From a virus (Duplodnaviria > Caudoviricetes): a stretch of DNA of 64,000 nucleotides. The DNA lies in IMG/VR virus record IMGVR_UViG_3300038679_000032, positions 516 to 64,515 of that record; one strand, 5' to 3'. The position numbers and the translations under genes are program-made. Under the pieces are notes generated by a model. It was not told where the DNA came from, made no database searches, and saw only the letters and a program-made list of their open reading frames with translations. Shown one piece after another: positions 1 to 9,609 of this stretch; within the stretch, counting starts at the first letter, position 1, and every line of letters starts with the position of its first letter.

Positions 1-1871
1 CTATTCTCCGGGCCTAACAGTTGGACATCCACCGGGTTCTGCGTGTAGTTCAGGAACTCGGTCCTTCTCATCGCATTCTGCTCCTTCGCTATGAGTGCCG
101 CCGTCCCCTTCGCGGATACCTTGTAATCCCCCATCAACCCGTAAATCTCGAAGTTGTCTAAAATATAATCATAATGCCTTTCAAGGCACGGAACAATCAA
201 ATCCAAGTCTATGTTCATCACGACAGACCGGATGCCTCTCGCAGCCTGTGTAATCAACTGATTAAGCCCGGACGAAGTATTTCCCGCCCCTCCAACTGCG
301 GTGTCCCCGTGGGTCCATGCCGGAACCCCGGAATGCTCGTCTGCTATTTTCGAGAAGGTATGATAGACATTTATTAACTGGTCCGTCACCATCGTCGGCT
401 GATAGAAATTGACCGCTTTGGACCCGGCACCCATCTGTTCATCCGTTGTCGGGAACACTCTTAGGGGCCAGATTTTCCGGGACGCATTCGGTTCCAACCG
501 ATCTACATTCAAGTCAATCATCGGGCCGCTACCGAACCCCACATTTGAAAGGATGTTCCGGGCGCAAGCGTTACAGACCTGTTGGCAATCCGCAATCAAC
601 TCAGGAATCGGGGTCGCCCAGAACGAATCATTGTTTGTCCTGAACCCGGTAGTCGAATAAGGCTTCCTGCCAAGTTTGTCATAGTTGAGCATCGCCTTGA
701 TGATGTGCTTCCCAATCACCCACACGCAAACAGGGTAATCGTTATCCGGGTCTGGAATGTCCTCCTCAGTCATGCCCCATTCAAGCAAATCCCATCCGTG
801 GAGTTCATCCCACAATTCAAGGCAATAAATGGTTTCCGACTTTGAGTTGGTTTCCTGAGAGTCCTTTTCGTCCCCCATCCCCTCACGGGTTTCGTAAGAT
901 AACTGTAACCAGTCCTCTTTGAGTTCCCCACTCCTGAACTCGCTCAATACGGCACGGATTTCCGTTTCGTTATACCCTTCAAGACCGATCAAATCGTGCA
1001 ACTGTCTTGGTCTTATCGTGATGACATCGAACAAATATCCGTCATTGATTCCCAAGGAACGAGGAGAGGGGAAGAGGGCAAAGGGGCTTCTCCTGTCATA
1101 CTGGGGGACAACCCTCTCCTCGATTGTGCGTGAAATCTGCCCCGTCTGGGGGTTTCTCACGGTTCTCCTTACACGGTCCTTACGGAATATCGGGCCTTTT
1201 ATAAACCCGTTTTTAATAGATACGATGTCGTCAACAGCCTGTTCAAGAGCCTTATAGAACCCCCCTTCTTGGAAATGGTCGTCAATCATGTCTGCCAAAT
1301 CGTCGGCTAACTCTTTGGCCTTCTTAACCACCCCGTCATGGACCCGTTTATCTATTTCTTCAGACTGTTGAACGATGAACCCCCGGAGCATTTCAGAAGG
1401 AATGGCTTGCCCGGTCTGTTGCGCCTGAGATACGGCCATATTAAGAAATTGCTGAATGACTCCCTGTGTGATTCGTTCCTTGATTTCGGGGGGTAGTTCC
1501 GGGATGGGGGTGGGGTCCACGGCAAAGATTCTCTGCCCCGGCTGAATGATGATGTCCTTGATCCACGCGATCCCGTTGTGGCACTTGGTATCGGTGACAT
1601 TCAGAAAGATTTCCGGCTGTTCCACGCTTTTTATTTCAGCGAGTTTGTCCGGGTCGTATTCGCCTCTTTTCTGCCGCACATTCTTTAGCATCTGAAGCTC
1701 GATGTCAACCTTGGCTTCCCGTGCCGCTTCCCACTTGTCCATAATATCTTTAGTAAGGGAAGTGGTGAGTTCCTCAACGGCTTTTTCAGCTTCTTGCTTT
1801 ATTCTAACGGATTCGTTTTCTTGATCGGTTATCTCTTGTGCAGACTGGACGGGAAGCAATCCTGTATCCAT
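1..1871 (-). CDS. Portal protein (3'-partial, runs off window start; missing from the ORF track)
   Basis: Hand translation gives an open frame of >620 codons from ATG 1871 (MDTGLLPVQSAQE...KWEAAREAK...GAGNTSSGLNQLITQAARGIRSVVMNID). The GxxTxSGL motif and the position downstream of terL are typical of portals. Confidence 0.85.
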   Translation of the reverse strand, partial: MDTGLLPVQSAQEITDQENESVRIKQEAEKAVEELTTSLTKDIMDKWEAAREAKVDIELQMLKNVRQKRGEYDPDKLAEIKSVEQPEIFLNVTDTKCHNGIAWIKDIIIQPGQRIFAVDPTPIPELPPEIKERITQGVIQQFLNMAVSQAQQTGQAIPSEMLRGFIVQQSEEIDKRVHDGVVKKAKELADDLADMIDDHFQEGGFYKALEQAVDDIVSIKNGFIKGPIFRKDRVRRTVRNPQTGQISRTIEERVVPQYDRRSPFALFPSPRSLGINDGYLFDVITIRPRQLHDLIGLEGYNETEIRAVLSEFRSGELKEDWLQLSYETREGMGDEKDSQETNSKSETIYCLELWDELHGWDLLEWGMTEEDIPDPDNDYPVCVWVIGKHIIKAMLNYDKLGRKPYSTTGFRTNNDSFWATPIPELIADCQQVCNACARNILSNVGFGSGPMIDLNVDRLEPNASRKIWPLRVFPTTDEQMGAGSKAVNFYQPTMVTDQLINVYHTFSKIADEHSGVPAWTHGDTAVGGAGNTSSGLNQLITQAARGIRSVVMNIDLDLIVPCLERHYDYILDNFEIYGLMGDYKVSAKGTAALIAKEQNAMRRTEFLNYTQNPVDVQLLGPEN

Positions 1872-1945
1872 TCTCACCTCTCGCTTTCAAGGAAGGACTG
1901 TGCGTAGCTCGCACTACTCTATGTGCAGATGTCGCGCATGTGTGC

Positions 1946-1973
1946 ATTATACGCTCATTTTATTTAATTGCAA
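1946..1973 (-). promoter_or_regulatory. sigma70-like promoter upstream of portal
   Basis: TTGCAA-16 bp-TATAAT on - strand in an intergenic gap. Confidence 0.55.
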
Positions 1974-1982
1974 GAGGGAATT

Positions 1983-2186
1983 TTAGAAATATTGAACACA
2001 GCCGAGGCAGTATCGGTTCCCATCGAACCTAAAATGTATCTCGTTCACATCTATGATCTCACCGCAGATACAACAGAAGTGTGCGGTATAGCTTGAGCTT
2101 ACGAATCGGCATATCTCCGGTTCCGGGAGTTTGTAGTCGCCTATCTTAATCACATGAACCAGGACATGACGGGTCATTTCTACCAC
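1983..2186 (-). CDS. Small Cys-rich hypothetical protein
   Basis: CxxC...CxxC; overlaps the stop of the upstream gene. Confidence 0.5.
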   Translation of the reverse strand: MVEMTRHVLVHVIKIGDYKLPEPEICRFVSSSYTAHFCCICGEIIDVNEIHFRFDGNRYCLGCVQYF

Positions 2187-2773
2187 CAGGACCGCAGTTT
2201 AGGCACTTCTTCCGCCGTTCCGTCCGACTTTTTACGGTCAAACGCCCATATCACCAGACCCAAAGCCCGAACCGCAAACAAATCCACCTCCTCTTTTAGG
2301 CTGTCCTTCGAGAAATAAGCCAACTGGGACTTTACCATGGACTTTTCGGGGAATATGAGTCTGTTCTCCTTCGTGTATTCCTTGATTTTGAGTATTGAAG
2401 CCTCAAAAGAAGCCGCTTTAGTGTGCAATAATCGCACATCCATTGAGTATTCTCGCCTCCACCTGTTGAAGGACCGGATATAATTCTCGAATCTCGGTTC
2501 TATCAAGGTGTAAATGGTCTTTATATGGTGTTTGGGGCGGTCTTTGAGGGAGTTTACGAGGTCTAAAAAGGTGTTTGACTGGTCCTCATGGATGATTTCG
2601 ATTGACGGCTTAGATACATCAAATGATTTTGTCTTATCGTGCGTCTTTTCCCCCACGGTGCAGTAAAAAGCAGGGGAACCTTTTTCAGGCCAGACCAATC
2701 CGCAGAAAACATGAATGATGGGCGGGGTGCGCTTTATCCCCTGTGAGGGCATTATTGGAATATCGTTTGCCAT
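2180..2773 (-). CDS. Terminase-nuclease-like (RNase H fold) protein, probably inactive
   Basis: Start ATG 2773 after GGAG. Pattern HVFCGLVWP...RLIFPEKSMVKSQLAYF...DLFAVRALGLV parallels the TerL C-terminal domain but lacks the acidic residues. Confidence 0.55.
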   Translation of the reverse strand: MANDIPIMPSQGIKRTPPIIHVFCGLVWPEKGSPAFYCTVGEKTHDKTKSFDVSKPSIEIIHEDQSNTFLDLVNSLKDRPKHHIKTIYTLIEPRFENYIRSFNRWRREYSMDVRLLHTKAASFEASILKIKEYTKENRLIFPEKSMVKSQLAYFSKDSLKEEVDLFAVRALGLVIWAFDRKKSDGTAEEVPKLRSWW

Positions 2774-2795
2774 ATTGTCTATACTATAGACTCCT

Positions 2796-3560
2796 TTACG
2801 GAATAGCAACACACAAAGACGGTTGGAATGGAACGCTGACACTATCTTTTTTAGACCTATTTACATCACCCCACATGGGTTGTAGGTTCGACAGGCTCCA
2901 ACACCGCTTAAAATCCAAATCTTCCGGTTTTTCAAAATTGAATGCAGAGATTGGAATTATGTGATCAACATGCCATTCTCCATAATTATCCCAAGACATT
3001 CCATCAATAAACTTCCTCTCAAGAATTACAACAAGGTCGTTTATTCCATACCCAACAAGAGACTCCCACTTCCTGTTCCTCTTTGTTCCGTTTTGAAGGC
3101 TCGCAATAATACCGGACGATATTGCATGAACCAATCTCCCCTTGGGAGTACTGCGCCTCTTGGTGTTCGCACGCCTCATCTGTTCCCTGTATCTATCGGG
3201 ATACTTCCGTCGCCACAGCCTTAGCGCATCTCGCATTTGTGGTACATTTCTGCGTTGCCATTTTAATTTACTTGCCCGTACCTTGTCGGGATTTTCATTT
3301 TTCCACTTTTCAACAGAACGAATAACCGTCTGTGGATGCTTTTTTCTCCATTCTTTTTGTTGTTCAAGAATCTTATCCCTGTTGGATAAATACAGTCCCT
3401 TCCTCCTCTTATTGATTTCATCTCTGTGTAAAGCATAATACTCCATACTTTTCTTCGCACTACACAATCTACATTGTGAATAACGACCATCCTTTATTTT
3501 TTTGCAATGCCAAAAATCATCTAACGGTTTGACTTCCCCACACACAGTACATCGCTTCAT
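2796..3560 (-). mobile_element. Free-standing HNH homing endonuclease 1
   Basis: N-terminal CxxC zinc finger (MKRCTVCGEVK...CRLC) and C-terminal WHVDHIIP...NLQPMW...N; starts immediately after the terL stop. Confidence 0.88.
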
Positions 3561-3561
3561 T

Positions 3562-5178
3562 TTACATAAGCTCCATGAACATGAATTCGGGCGTCCCATA
3601 TAGACACATCATAAAATAATTAAAGGCATGTCTAAAGTGATCCTCTCCAAGGCGAAGGTATGTGTACCTCTGGGAGCCAGTCTCCTCATCTACTTCAAGC
3701 TTTTTCGCCACATTGTGCATATGCAAGGCAAACAATCTTACCAAATCAGATTCCCTTGGTAAAATGATATTTTGTGTTGTAATAACATTATGAGAGGCAT
3801 CTAATGTCTCTGTTCTATTTCCTTGCACCAATAATTGGGGGTCGTTCCACTTTAACGATCCCTTCTGGTATTCATTGTAAAAATTGAGATACACCCTTCC
3901 TCTGAATCGGTCTGCAAAGTTTCGGGCAAACTTTGTATTCGGGAGAGCGTCCACGACGCACCGGACCACCTTAAACCTGTTCATCAGGGCGTCCAACTCA
4001 AACCATCCGCTTTCATCCTTCTCGTTTTTGGAATCGTTCCCCTTATGAACCCCCAAATAAATGACTTCCCCTGTGCGGTTCTCGCACGGCTTCCCGATGA
4101 CGACATGGAGCGTGTTTCCCTGATCGACCCCCATGTAGGTTCCGACTTCGCTTTCACTTGCTATCCCGGAGGTTCCGCAACAGTCCAAGACCTCCTGCAT
4201 GGAAAGCCTGTTTTGGGCTTCGACATAGGCAATTCCGATTTTGAGGTTGTAGAAATCAGTCAGGTTGGTCGTTGTCCGGTAGGTCTGTAAGATAAGGTCC
4301 GGGGCGGTCATCTTGGTTTGAGAATACAACTGAGAATACTGCCTTCCCCTTCGTTCCGTGATTTGTGGCCTTTTGGCAACCCATTCCCCGATAGAAGGGT
4401 CCAACTCGGAATGGCACTTCTCGCATGCTCTTATGACCTTCCCTTTCACCGTCAATAGACAGTCGGGAAAAGTATCCACAAGGTTCGTATAGTGATTGCA
4501 CTTTGGACACTTGAGGAGCCAATACCTCATGTCCGTAGTCTGCCAGAGCTTGTCTATCCCGTAGTCCGGCATGGTCGGGTTCGATAAGAAAAGCATCTCC
4601 CCCGCCTCAGAATGAGCCATTCTTTCCATAATCATATCGACTGATTTAGGGGGAGCTTCATCCAATTCATCAAACACTACAAGGTCCATGGGCGCACTTT
4701 TCATGCCTACGCGCGATTTCATACCCCTTAAATATAGGGCAGTATTGAGGATTTTCTTTACATTCGCCGCATCGGTTTCCTTTATCCATGTCCCTATTGT
4801 TTCCGGGTTGTCCTCAATTAAAGAAGTTATCCTGATTTTACTGAGGTCGGTGACATCGCTTCTTGATGGGAAATAATACCCAATACCGCGGTAATTGCTT
4901 CCCCCGTATTTGGCGGTATGGAACACCCTTAAAATAGCCTTAGAGGTAAGCCCCAACTGGGTTCCTTTTATCTCCACCTGAAACGGATGGGTGTCCTTGT
5001 ATGGCTCGATGAGGTATTCATGCTTCTTGAACGAAAACTCCCTTCCATCGAGGACGATCTGGTTCTTGACGGCCCAGGTTCCCAAATCGGGGCTTTTGTC
5101 CTCCTCCTCCTGAAAAGAGGTTTCAAGAGATTGCATGAGGTTCGCAAACAGTTCAGACTTCTTTGGAGAATAGGTCAT
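3562..5178 (-). CDS. terL: Terminase large subunit, GpA-like
   Basis: KGTQLGLT (Walker A-like), VFDELDE (Walker B), SNPT, CPKC zinc motif, nuclease motifs GVDQG / VVDALP / GEDH. Confidence 0.92.
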   Translation of the reverse strand: MTYSPKKSELFANLMQSLETSFQEEEDKSPDLGTWAVKNQIVLDGREFSFKKHEYLIEPYKDTHPFQVEIKGTQLGLTSKAILRVFHTAKYGGSNYRGIGYYFPSRSDVTDLSKIRITSLIEDNPETIGTWIKETDAANVKKILNTALYLRGMKSRVGMKSAPMDLVVFDELDEAPPKSVDMIMERMAHSEAGEMLFLSNPTMPDYGIDKLWQTTDMRYWLLKCPKCNHYTNLVDTFPDCLLTVKGKVIRACEKCHSELDPSIGEWVAKRPQITERRGRQYSQLYSQTKMTAPDLILQTYRTTTNLTDFYNLKIGIAYVEAQNRLSMQEVLDCCGTSGIASESEVGTYMGVDQGNTLHVVIGKPCENRTGEVIYLGVHKGNDSKNEKDESGWFELDALMNRFKVVRCVVDALPNTKFARNFADRFRGRVYLNFYNEYQKGSLKWNDPQLLVQGNRTETLDASHNVITTQNIILPRESDLVRLFALHMHNVAKKLEVDEETGSQRYTYLRLGEDHFRHAFNYFMMCLYGTPEFMFMELM

Positions 5179-5777
5179 GGATTAACCCTTACCAACCCTC
5201 TAAGGCTTCTTCGGGCCTTCAATCGTTTAATCACTTCATCCTTTATTAACGGGTCCACTTCTCTTAAAACATTGATGATTTCTTCCTGAAACTCTGCAAC
5301 CATCGTTACATTGTAAATAGTCTCGTAGATTTTCACCTGTAGCTCGATCTGTTTCCTCACTTCCGCAGATATAGCTATGATGTTGGATTGGATTTTCAAA
5401 ATTCCAGCTACATTGTCCCCGGCGAGCTTCTTGATCTTTTCGAGCAATACAGGGTCGTCGGGGTTCTTTTCAAGCCGCTTTTCAAGCTTTTCTCTCTTTA
5501 AGAGAAGTTCATCCTCTCTTTCAATAAGTCTGTTGCACCGTTTCATCTCATGGATGATCCGGTCATTCATCGTTTTTAACTGGTGCACGGTGTCTATGTT
5601 GTGCCTTGATAGTTCGCTTCTTGACACATCAGGGACCATAGAAAGCCTTTTTTCAACCCGCTTCCTCATGGTATCCACCGCCGCCCAAGTGCAGTTGAAG
5701 TGCTTCGCTATCTGGGCGGTGCTAACCCCGGCCTTATACATACGAAGCATTTCTTCTTCATCAATCTTGTCGCCCAT
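5175..5777 (-). CDS. Putative terminase small subunit
   Basis: N-terminal HTH (GVSTAQIAKHFNCTWAAV) plus coiled coil; overlaps the terL start. Confidence 0.65.
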   Translation of the reverse strand: MGDKIDEEEMLRMYKAGVSTAQIAKHFNCTWAAVDTMRKRVEKRLSMVPDVSRSELSRHNIDTVHQLKTMNDRIIHEMKRCNRLIEREDELLLKREKLEKRLEKNPDDPVLLEKIKKLAGDNVAGILKIQSNIIAISAEVRKQIELQVKIYETIYNVTMVAEFQEEIINVLREVDPLIKDEVIKRLKARRSLRGLVRVNP

Positions 5778-5950
5778 TAAATCTCCTTTTTTATCTTAAT
5801 CTTTGATAGATATGCTGCGGTAGGGGGGAAATGCCCCACTTCCAATAAATTTTCTTTCATAAAATTAAGCACATCTTTTACTGATACATTGGTATCTTTG
5901 TATTCCAAAATTGTAAGATTCGCCGTAACCGTGTATTTAGTTTTTTTCAT
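5777..5950 (-). CDS. Hypothetical protein (57 aa)
   Basis: SD AAGGAGGGG; TAATG overlap with the next gene. Confidence 0.55.
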   Translation of the reverse strand: MKKTKYTVTANLTILEYKDTNVSVKDVLNFMKENLLEVGHFPPTAAYLSKIKIKKEI

Positions 5951-5979
5951 TCACCCCTCCTTGTCTATACCATAGACTG

Positions 5980-6120
5980 TTATTTCCTCTTTTTCTTTTT
6001 GGACTTCCCCGCCTCTTTCAGAGCTATCGCCACGGCTTGCTTCTGCGGGCGGCCTGATTTAACGAGTTCGGAAATGTTACTACTTACAACTTTTTTGCTT
6101 TTTCCCTTTTTAAGCGGCAT
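5980..6120 (-). CDS. Small basic protein (46 aa, [10 protein letters not shown]...[13 protein letters not shown])
   Basis: Hand translation; GGAGG SD; a type of small basic ORF I recall near phage terminases. Confidence 0.65.
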   Translation of the reverse strand: MPLKKGKSKKVVSSNISELVKSGRPQKQAVAIALKEAGKSKKKKRK

Positions 6121-6131
6121 GGCTTCCTCCC

Positions 6132-6446
6132 TTATTTCTTAAAATCTAAATCGTTATCCCTGATTACTGCCAAAAGGGAACCGGAAAGACCCGCGATTTG
6201 GTTTTCTGTCAAACCGATCCCGTAATTCCCCGATACAAGATGAAGCACCTCATGGAGAAAGGTGTCGGCAACGCAGGTTTCAGACATTATCTGCCCCTTA
6301 TCTTTCTTTAATGCAAGATCAATCCTGTTCTTTGTGAGATTTGACAAGCCGCAAACGCTATCCCCCTTGTCATCAAAAATAAAATCCCTTTGATATACCC
6401 TTATCTGTTGCGCTCCGACCTTAATCTGCTTCGGTATCTTCATCAA
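6132..6446 (-). CDS. HExxH zinc-metallopeptidase-like phage protein
   Basis: TFLHEVLH motif. Confidence 0.7.
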   Translation of the reverse strand: MMKIPKQIKVGAQQIRVYQRDFIFDDKGDSVCGLSNLTKNRIDLALKKDKGQIMSETCVADTFLHEVLHLVSGNYGIGLTENQIAGLSGSLLAVIRDNDLDFKK

Positions 6447-6686
6447 TCACCCCCCTTTTTGATTGATAACATCACACCTCAAACGAAATTCATCATGCTT
6501 ACTCCCAGCCACCCCGAAATGTTCCGCCAAGAATCGAACCATCGCAACAAAAGCATCAAGTTCTCCCGTAGGGGTGTCCTGTTCCTCAAATATCCGTTCC
6601 AGAGAAACACGCTCCCCTTCCGCATCTTCCCACCATTCCGCAATATACCCGTTCTGGACCCGTTCAATCTCGATGCTCCAACTCAT
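6447..6686 (-). CDS. Hypothetical protein
   Basis: SD and operon-style spacing. Confidence 0.6.
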   Translation of the reverse strand: MSWSIEIERVQNGYIAEWWEDAEGERVSLERIFEEQDTPTGELDAFVAMVRFLAEHFGVAGSKHDEFRLRCDVINQKGG

Positions 6687-6688
6687 AT

Positions 6689-6973
6689 TTATGCTCCTTT
6701 TGGCTGGATTACCTCAAATTCAAGTGCTTCCCGAAGGTTGTCCAAAAACAGGGGGAATATCTGTCCAGACGCCATATCCCGTTTCCACCACACTCCCGCT
6801 TTCCCATCATCGTATCCCCATTGAGAATACCAGTATCCCGTTGTCTTTGTCTTGGGGTCACGAAACTTCACGCCGCGCAAATTCGTGTCCTGCGGCAAAT
6901 CCTTAATCTTCATTTTTTTTACTCGGAGTTTTGGTTCCTCATTCGTCAGCGTTAATTCCTTCTTCATCTTCAT
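6689..6973 (-). CDS. Hypothetical protein
   Basis: Operon-style spacing. Confidence 0.55.
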   Translation of the reverse strand: MKMKKELTLTNEEPKLRVKKMKIKDLPQDTNLRGVKFRDPKTKTTGYWYSQWGYDDGKAGVWWKRDMASGQIFPLFLDNLREALEFEVIQPKGA

Positions 6974-7178
6974 TCACCTCCCCCATCCATCCACAGGCAT
7001 CACATCTCCATCTCTTATACCTCTTAGACCAATACAGTATCCCATAGCAGTTCCCGTTGGGGCACTCAAGGCTGTCGTCCATCAGTTGTCCCTCACACCC
7101 ATCCGGTCCCGCCAGTAATCCCGATCTTTCTGCATAATTCGCAACGCAATCTCCGATTCTTCCGCCGTCGCCTTCCAT
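6939..7178 (-). CDS. Hypothetical zinc-ribbon protein (start uncertain)
   Basis: CPNGNC...WRCDACG. Confidence 0.45.
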   Translation of the reverse strand: MEGDGGRIGDCVANYAERSGLLAGPDGCEGQLMDDSLECPNGNCYGILYWSKRYKRWRCDACGWMGEVNEDEEGINADE

Positions 7179-7567
7179 TTCCGGACCTCAGCCCTGCAAG
7201 CATCCAAGTCGTCAAGCAGTTGAGCCATGCTTCTTGTCCATTCGTTTTCCATCTTCCCCTCCTAACCCAAAAATGTCCTTAAAACAATCCGGCATTTCAA
7301 TCCCGGAATCCTTTGGCCCCGTTATACAGGGGCAAATCTTCCCGTCCCTGAACCCGGTTCCTTCACATATCGGACACTTTTCCATCTCCACCTCACTTAT
7401 TGCTGTGCCAATATTTCCGCCTCCAACGCTTCACTTGCCTCAATGACAGGTTCGTTATTATACTCATCATCCTCATCACCATAAAACCAGTTGTCTTGTA
7501 AGGCGTCCATTACTTTCTGTGTGGTCTCTCTGGTAAATGTGTATTCCTTTTTTGTAAGTTCCATAAC

Positions 7568-7771
7568 TCACCCCTCACTTATCTGCCTGTATCCTGTTAC
7601 CAGACTCAGCCCATCCACCGCCGCCTCCAACACTTCCACCCTTCGTTCCAACCATTCTATCTGTATCCCCAACTCCTCCTCAAACTCCTCTGCTTGAGTT
7701 ATAGGCGGCCCCTTCATCCTGGCCCTCCGTTCCCGCTGATACTCCCTCATCTTATCCCTGCTTAACGGCAT
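7568..7771 (-). CDS. Hypothetical coiled-coil protein
   Basis: ORF track; overlaps neighbour. Confidence 0.55.
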   Translation of the reverse strand: MPLSRDKMREYQRERRARMKGPPITQAEEFEEELGIQIEWLERRVEVLEAAVDGLSLVTGYRQISEG

Positions 7772-7940
7772 CTTCCTGTCCCCACTTCACATCATATCCA
7801 ATTATGCCCTTCATCTTCCGGGCAAACTTCACCGCGTTCCGGTATGTCTCTATCCCCCCATCCTTCTCATAAGGCTGATTCGCCGCCAAAGGACCAGACA
7901 CTATCTCTCCCCCTAAAATGTAAAGTGTCAATCTCCACAT
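7752..7940 (-). CDS. Hypothetical protein
   Basis: ORF track; operon position. Confidence 0.5.
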   Translation of the reverse strand: MWRLTLYILGGEIVSGPLAANQPYEKDGGIETYRNAVKFARKMKGIIGYDVKWGQEDAVKQG

Positions 7941-7943
7941 AAT

Positions 7944-8261
7944 CTATTCCTTTAGTGCGGCTTTGGCTCTATCAAACTCTTTGGTATATTTTCTTCCCTG
8001 ATAGCCAGTCGGAATATGCGATTGGTATAATGTCCAAACGCATTGATATTCAGGATCACCATGCACAGCCTCAAGTGCCTCAATTAAGTTTTCCAACACC
8101 CACTCCAGTTCTTTAATACGGGCTTCCTTGTCTCTAAGGATGGCAAGAAAATAGGTCTTTACGGCTTCATAGCATTCAACAGTTCCCGCTTGATCTGATA
8201 ATGGAGAATGTCGATACGCCTGCATAAGATTATAAAATTCCTCACACTCAATCTCACTCAT
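7944..8261 (-). CDS. Hypothetical protein with short coiled coil
   Basis: GGGGG SD preceded by a palindrome copy. Confidence 0.6.
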   Translation of the reverse strand: MSEIECEEFYNLMQAYRHSPLSDQAGTVECYEAVKTYFLAILRDKEARIKELEWVLENLIEALEAVHGDPEYQCVWTLYQSHIPTGYQGRKYTKEFDRAKAALKE

Positions 8262-8414
8262 AATCCCCCCAGTCTATACCATAGACTCCGTGCGAATATC
8301 GCACTATTTCAAATCAGAACACTTCGGCCAGTTCTTATCCCTAAACTCCTTGTCCGGCATCGGCTACGGGTCAAGGATTCGATCATCTGATCCGGCCTCC
8401 CTTATCTCTACAAC

Positions 8415-8735
8415 CTAACCAGCTCCACCGCCTCCCCCACCCCAACCAGTTCCACCGCCTCCCCCGCCTCCCCCGCCACCGCCCCAACTGGTCAACTTTT
8501 CTAATTCCCTGACACGGGCGGTCAGGGTGGCGATGCGCTGCAATGCGGCTTCCCACTCCCGCCTAAGCGTAGCTGCATGATCCAGGGCAACATCAATACA
8601 CACGATTGATAGTAAGTCCTTTTCCGTTCCTATAAAGTCAGCCGCCTTGTCAATCAGTTTTTTAATCTCCCGCTCCTTCTCCGCAAGGGCGTCTTCCAAT
8701 TCTTTTACATACTCATCATTAAATTCTCCGCTCAT
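8415..8735 (-). CDS. Coiled-coil cassette protein with poly-Gly tail
   Basis: ALAEKEREI and IATLTARVRELE modules shared with 23660..24406. Confidence 0.6.
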   Translation of the reverse strand: MSGEFNDEYVKELEDALAEKEREIKKLIDKAADFIGTEKDLLSIVCIDVALDHAATLRREWEAALQRIATLTARVRELEKLTSWGGGGGGGGGGGTGWGGGGGGAG

Positions 8736-8748
8736 CCCCGCCCCCTTC

Positions 8749-9180
8749 CTACCTTTTCAGGTTCGCACACTTCGGCCAATGTTCCTTCCGGTATTCCTCC
8801 GGGGGCATTGGCCTTTCTGTTAGCTCCTTATTCTCCCTCAGCCATTCCATATATTGCGGCAAGTCCATTGTCCAGCAGTATTCTCCGAGGGGGTAATCAG
8901 CGGTGGAGTAAAGTCCGGGGTCCGGCGCACCCGCAATCCATAGCCGCTTCCCGTCCCGCAATATAGTCGCCTGCACGTGCCCATTGAACGCGCCCAACGC
9001 AAGCATCTTCGTTGCCGGGGTCGTGGTGAACAGGACAAACTCCGGCTTGTATCCCTCCTCGATTGCCCACCCATAATGCGCCAGGGCCATGTGCCTGCAT
9101 ACCAGTAAGCACCCCATCATCGGAACCAAAAAAGCAATCACCGCCACAACCATAACAACCCTGAATCTCAATATCGGCAT
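8749..9180 (-). CDS. Hypothetical membrane-anchored or lipoprotein
   Basis: Hydrophobic N-terminus ending in GC. Confidence 0.55.
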   Translation of the reverse strand: MPILRFRVVMVVAVIAFLVPMMGCLLVCRHMALAHYGWAIEEGYKPEFVLFTTTPATKMLALGAFNGHVQATILRDGKRLWIAGAPDPGLYSTADYPLGEYCWTMDLPQYMEWLRENKELTERPMPPEEYRKEHWPKCANLKR

Positions 9181-9184
9181 TTAT

Positions 9185-9538
9185 TCAATCCTCTTCGCCA
9201 TCTTTCTCCCCCTTCCAATGCACAACAGATACAGGAGAGCCATCCAATATGCTTGCCGCATACACAGATACCCATTGCCCACAAGGAATTATTAGTGTCG
9301 GTATGGACACAGATTCCTTTTTTTGCAGTAACATCAACACCCCATCCTTAACCGCCACCTCATCAGCAAAAGCATAAATCTCCCCAATCGAACAAAGCTT
9401 CTTCCCAACCCTTATACACCAATAATAGTGTCCGTACTTTTCTTCGTTCATTTTCCCCTCCTTCATCGGCAATCCGTTTCCGTCCAAATGCCCCTTTCCC
9501 ACCGTCCAGAACCCCCTTTTACCCCTTTTCATCGGCAA
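9185..9538 (-). CDS. Hypothetical protein (start uncertain)
   Basis: First ORF behind the promoter at 9580-9609. Confidence 0.55.
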   Translation of the reverse strand: MPMKRGKRGFWTVGKGHLDGNGLPMKEGKMNEEKYGHYYWCIRVGKKLCSIGEIYAFADEVAVKDGVLMLLQKKESVSIPTLIIPCGQWVSVYAASILDGSPVSVVHWKGEKDGEED

Positions 9539-9579
9539 CCTTTACCGTTCAACCCCCATTCCCTCACCTCTTTGACCCC

Positions 9580-9609
9580 ATACTATCATGGTTTACTACC
9601 CCCTGTCAA
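9580..9609 (-). promoter_or_regulatory. sigma70-like promoter for the leftward operon
   Basis: TTGACA-18 bp-TAGTAT with an extended-10 TG. Confidence 0.6.
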
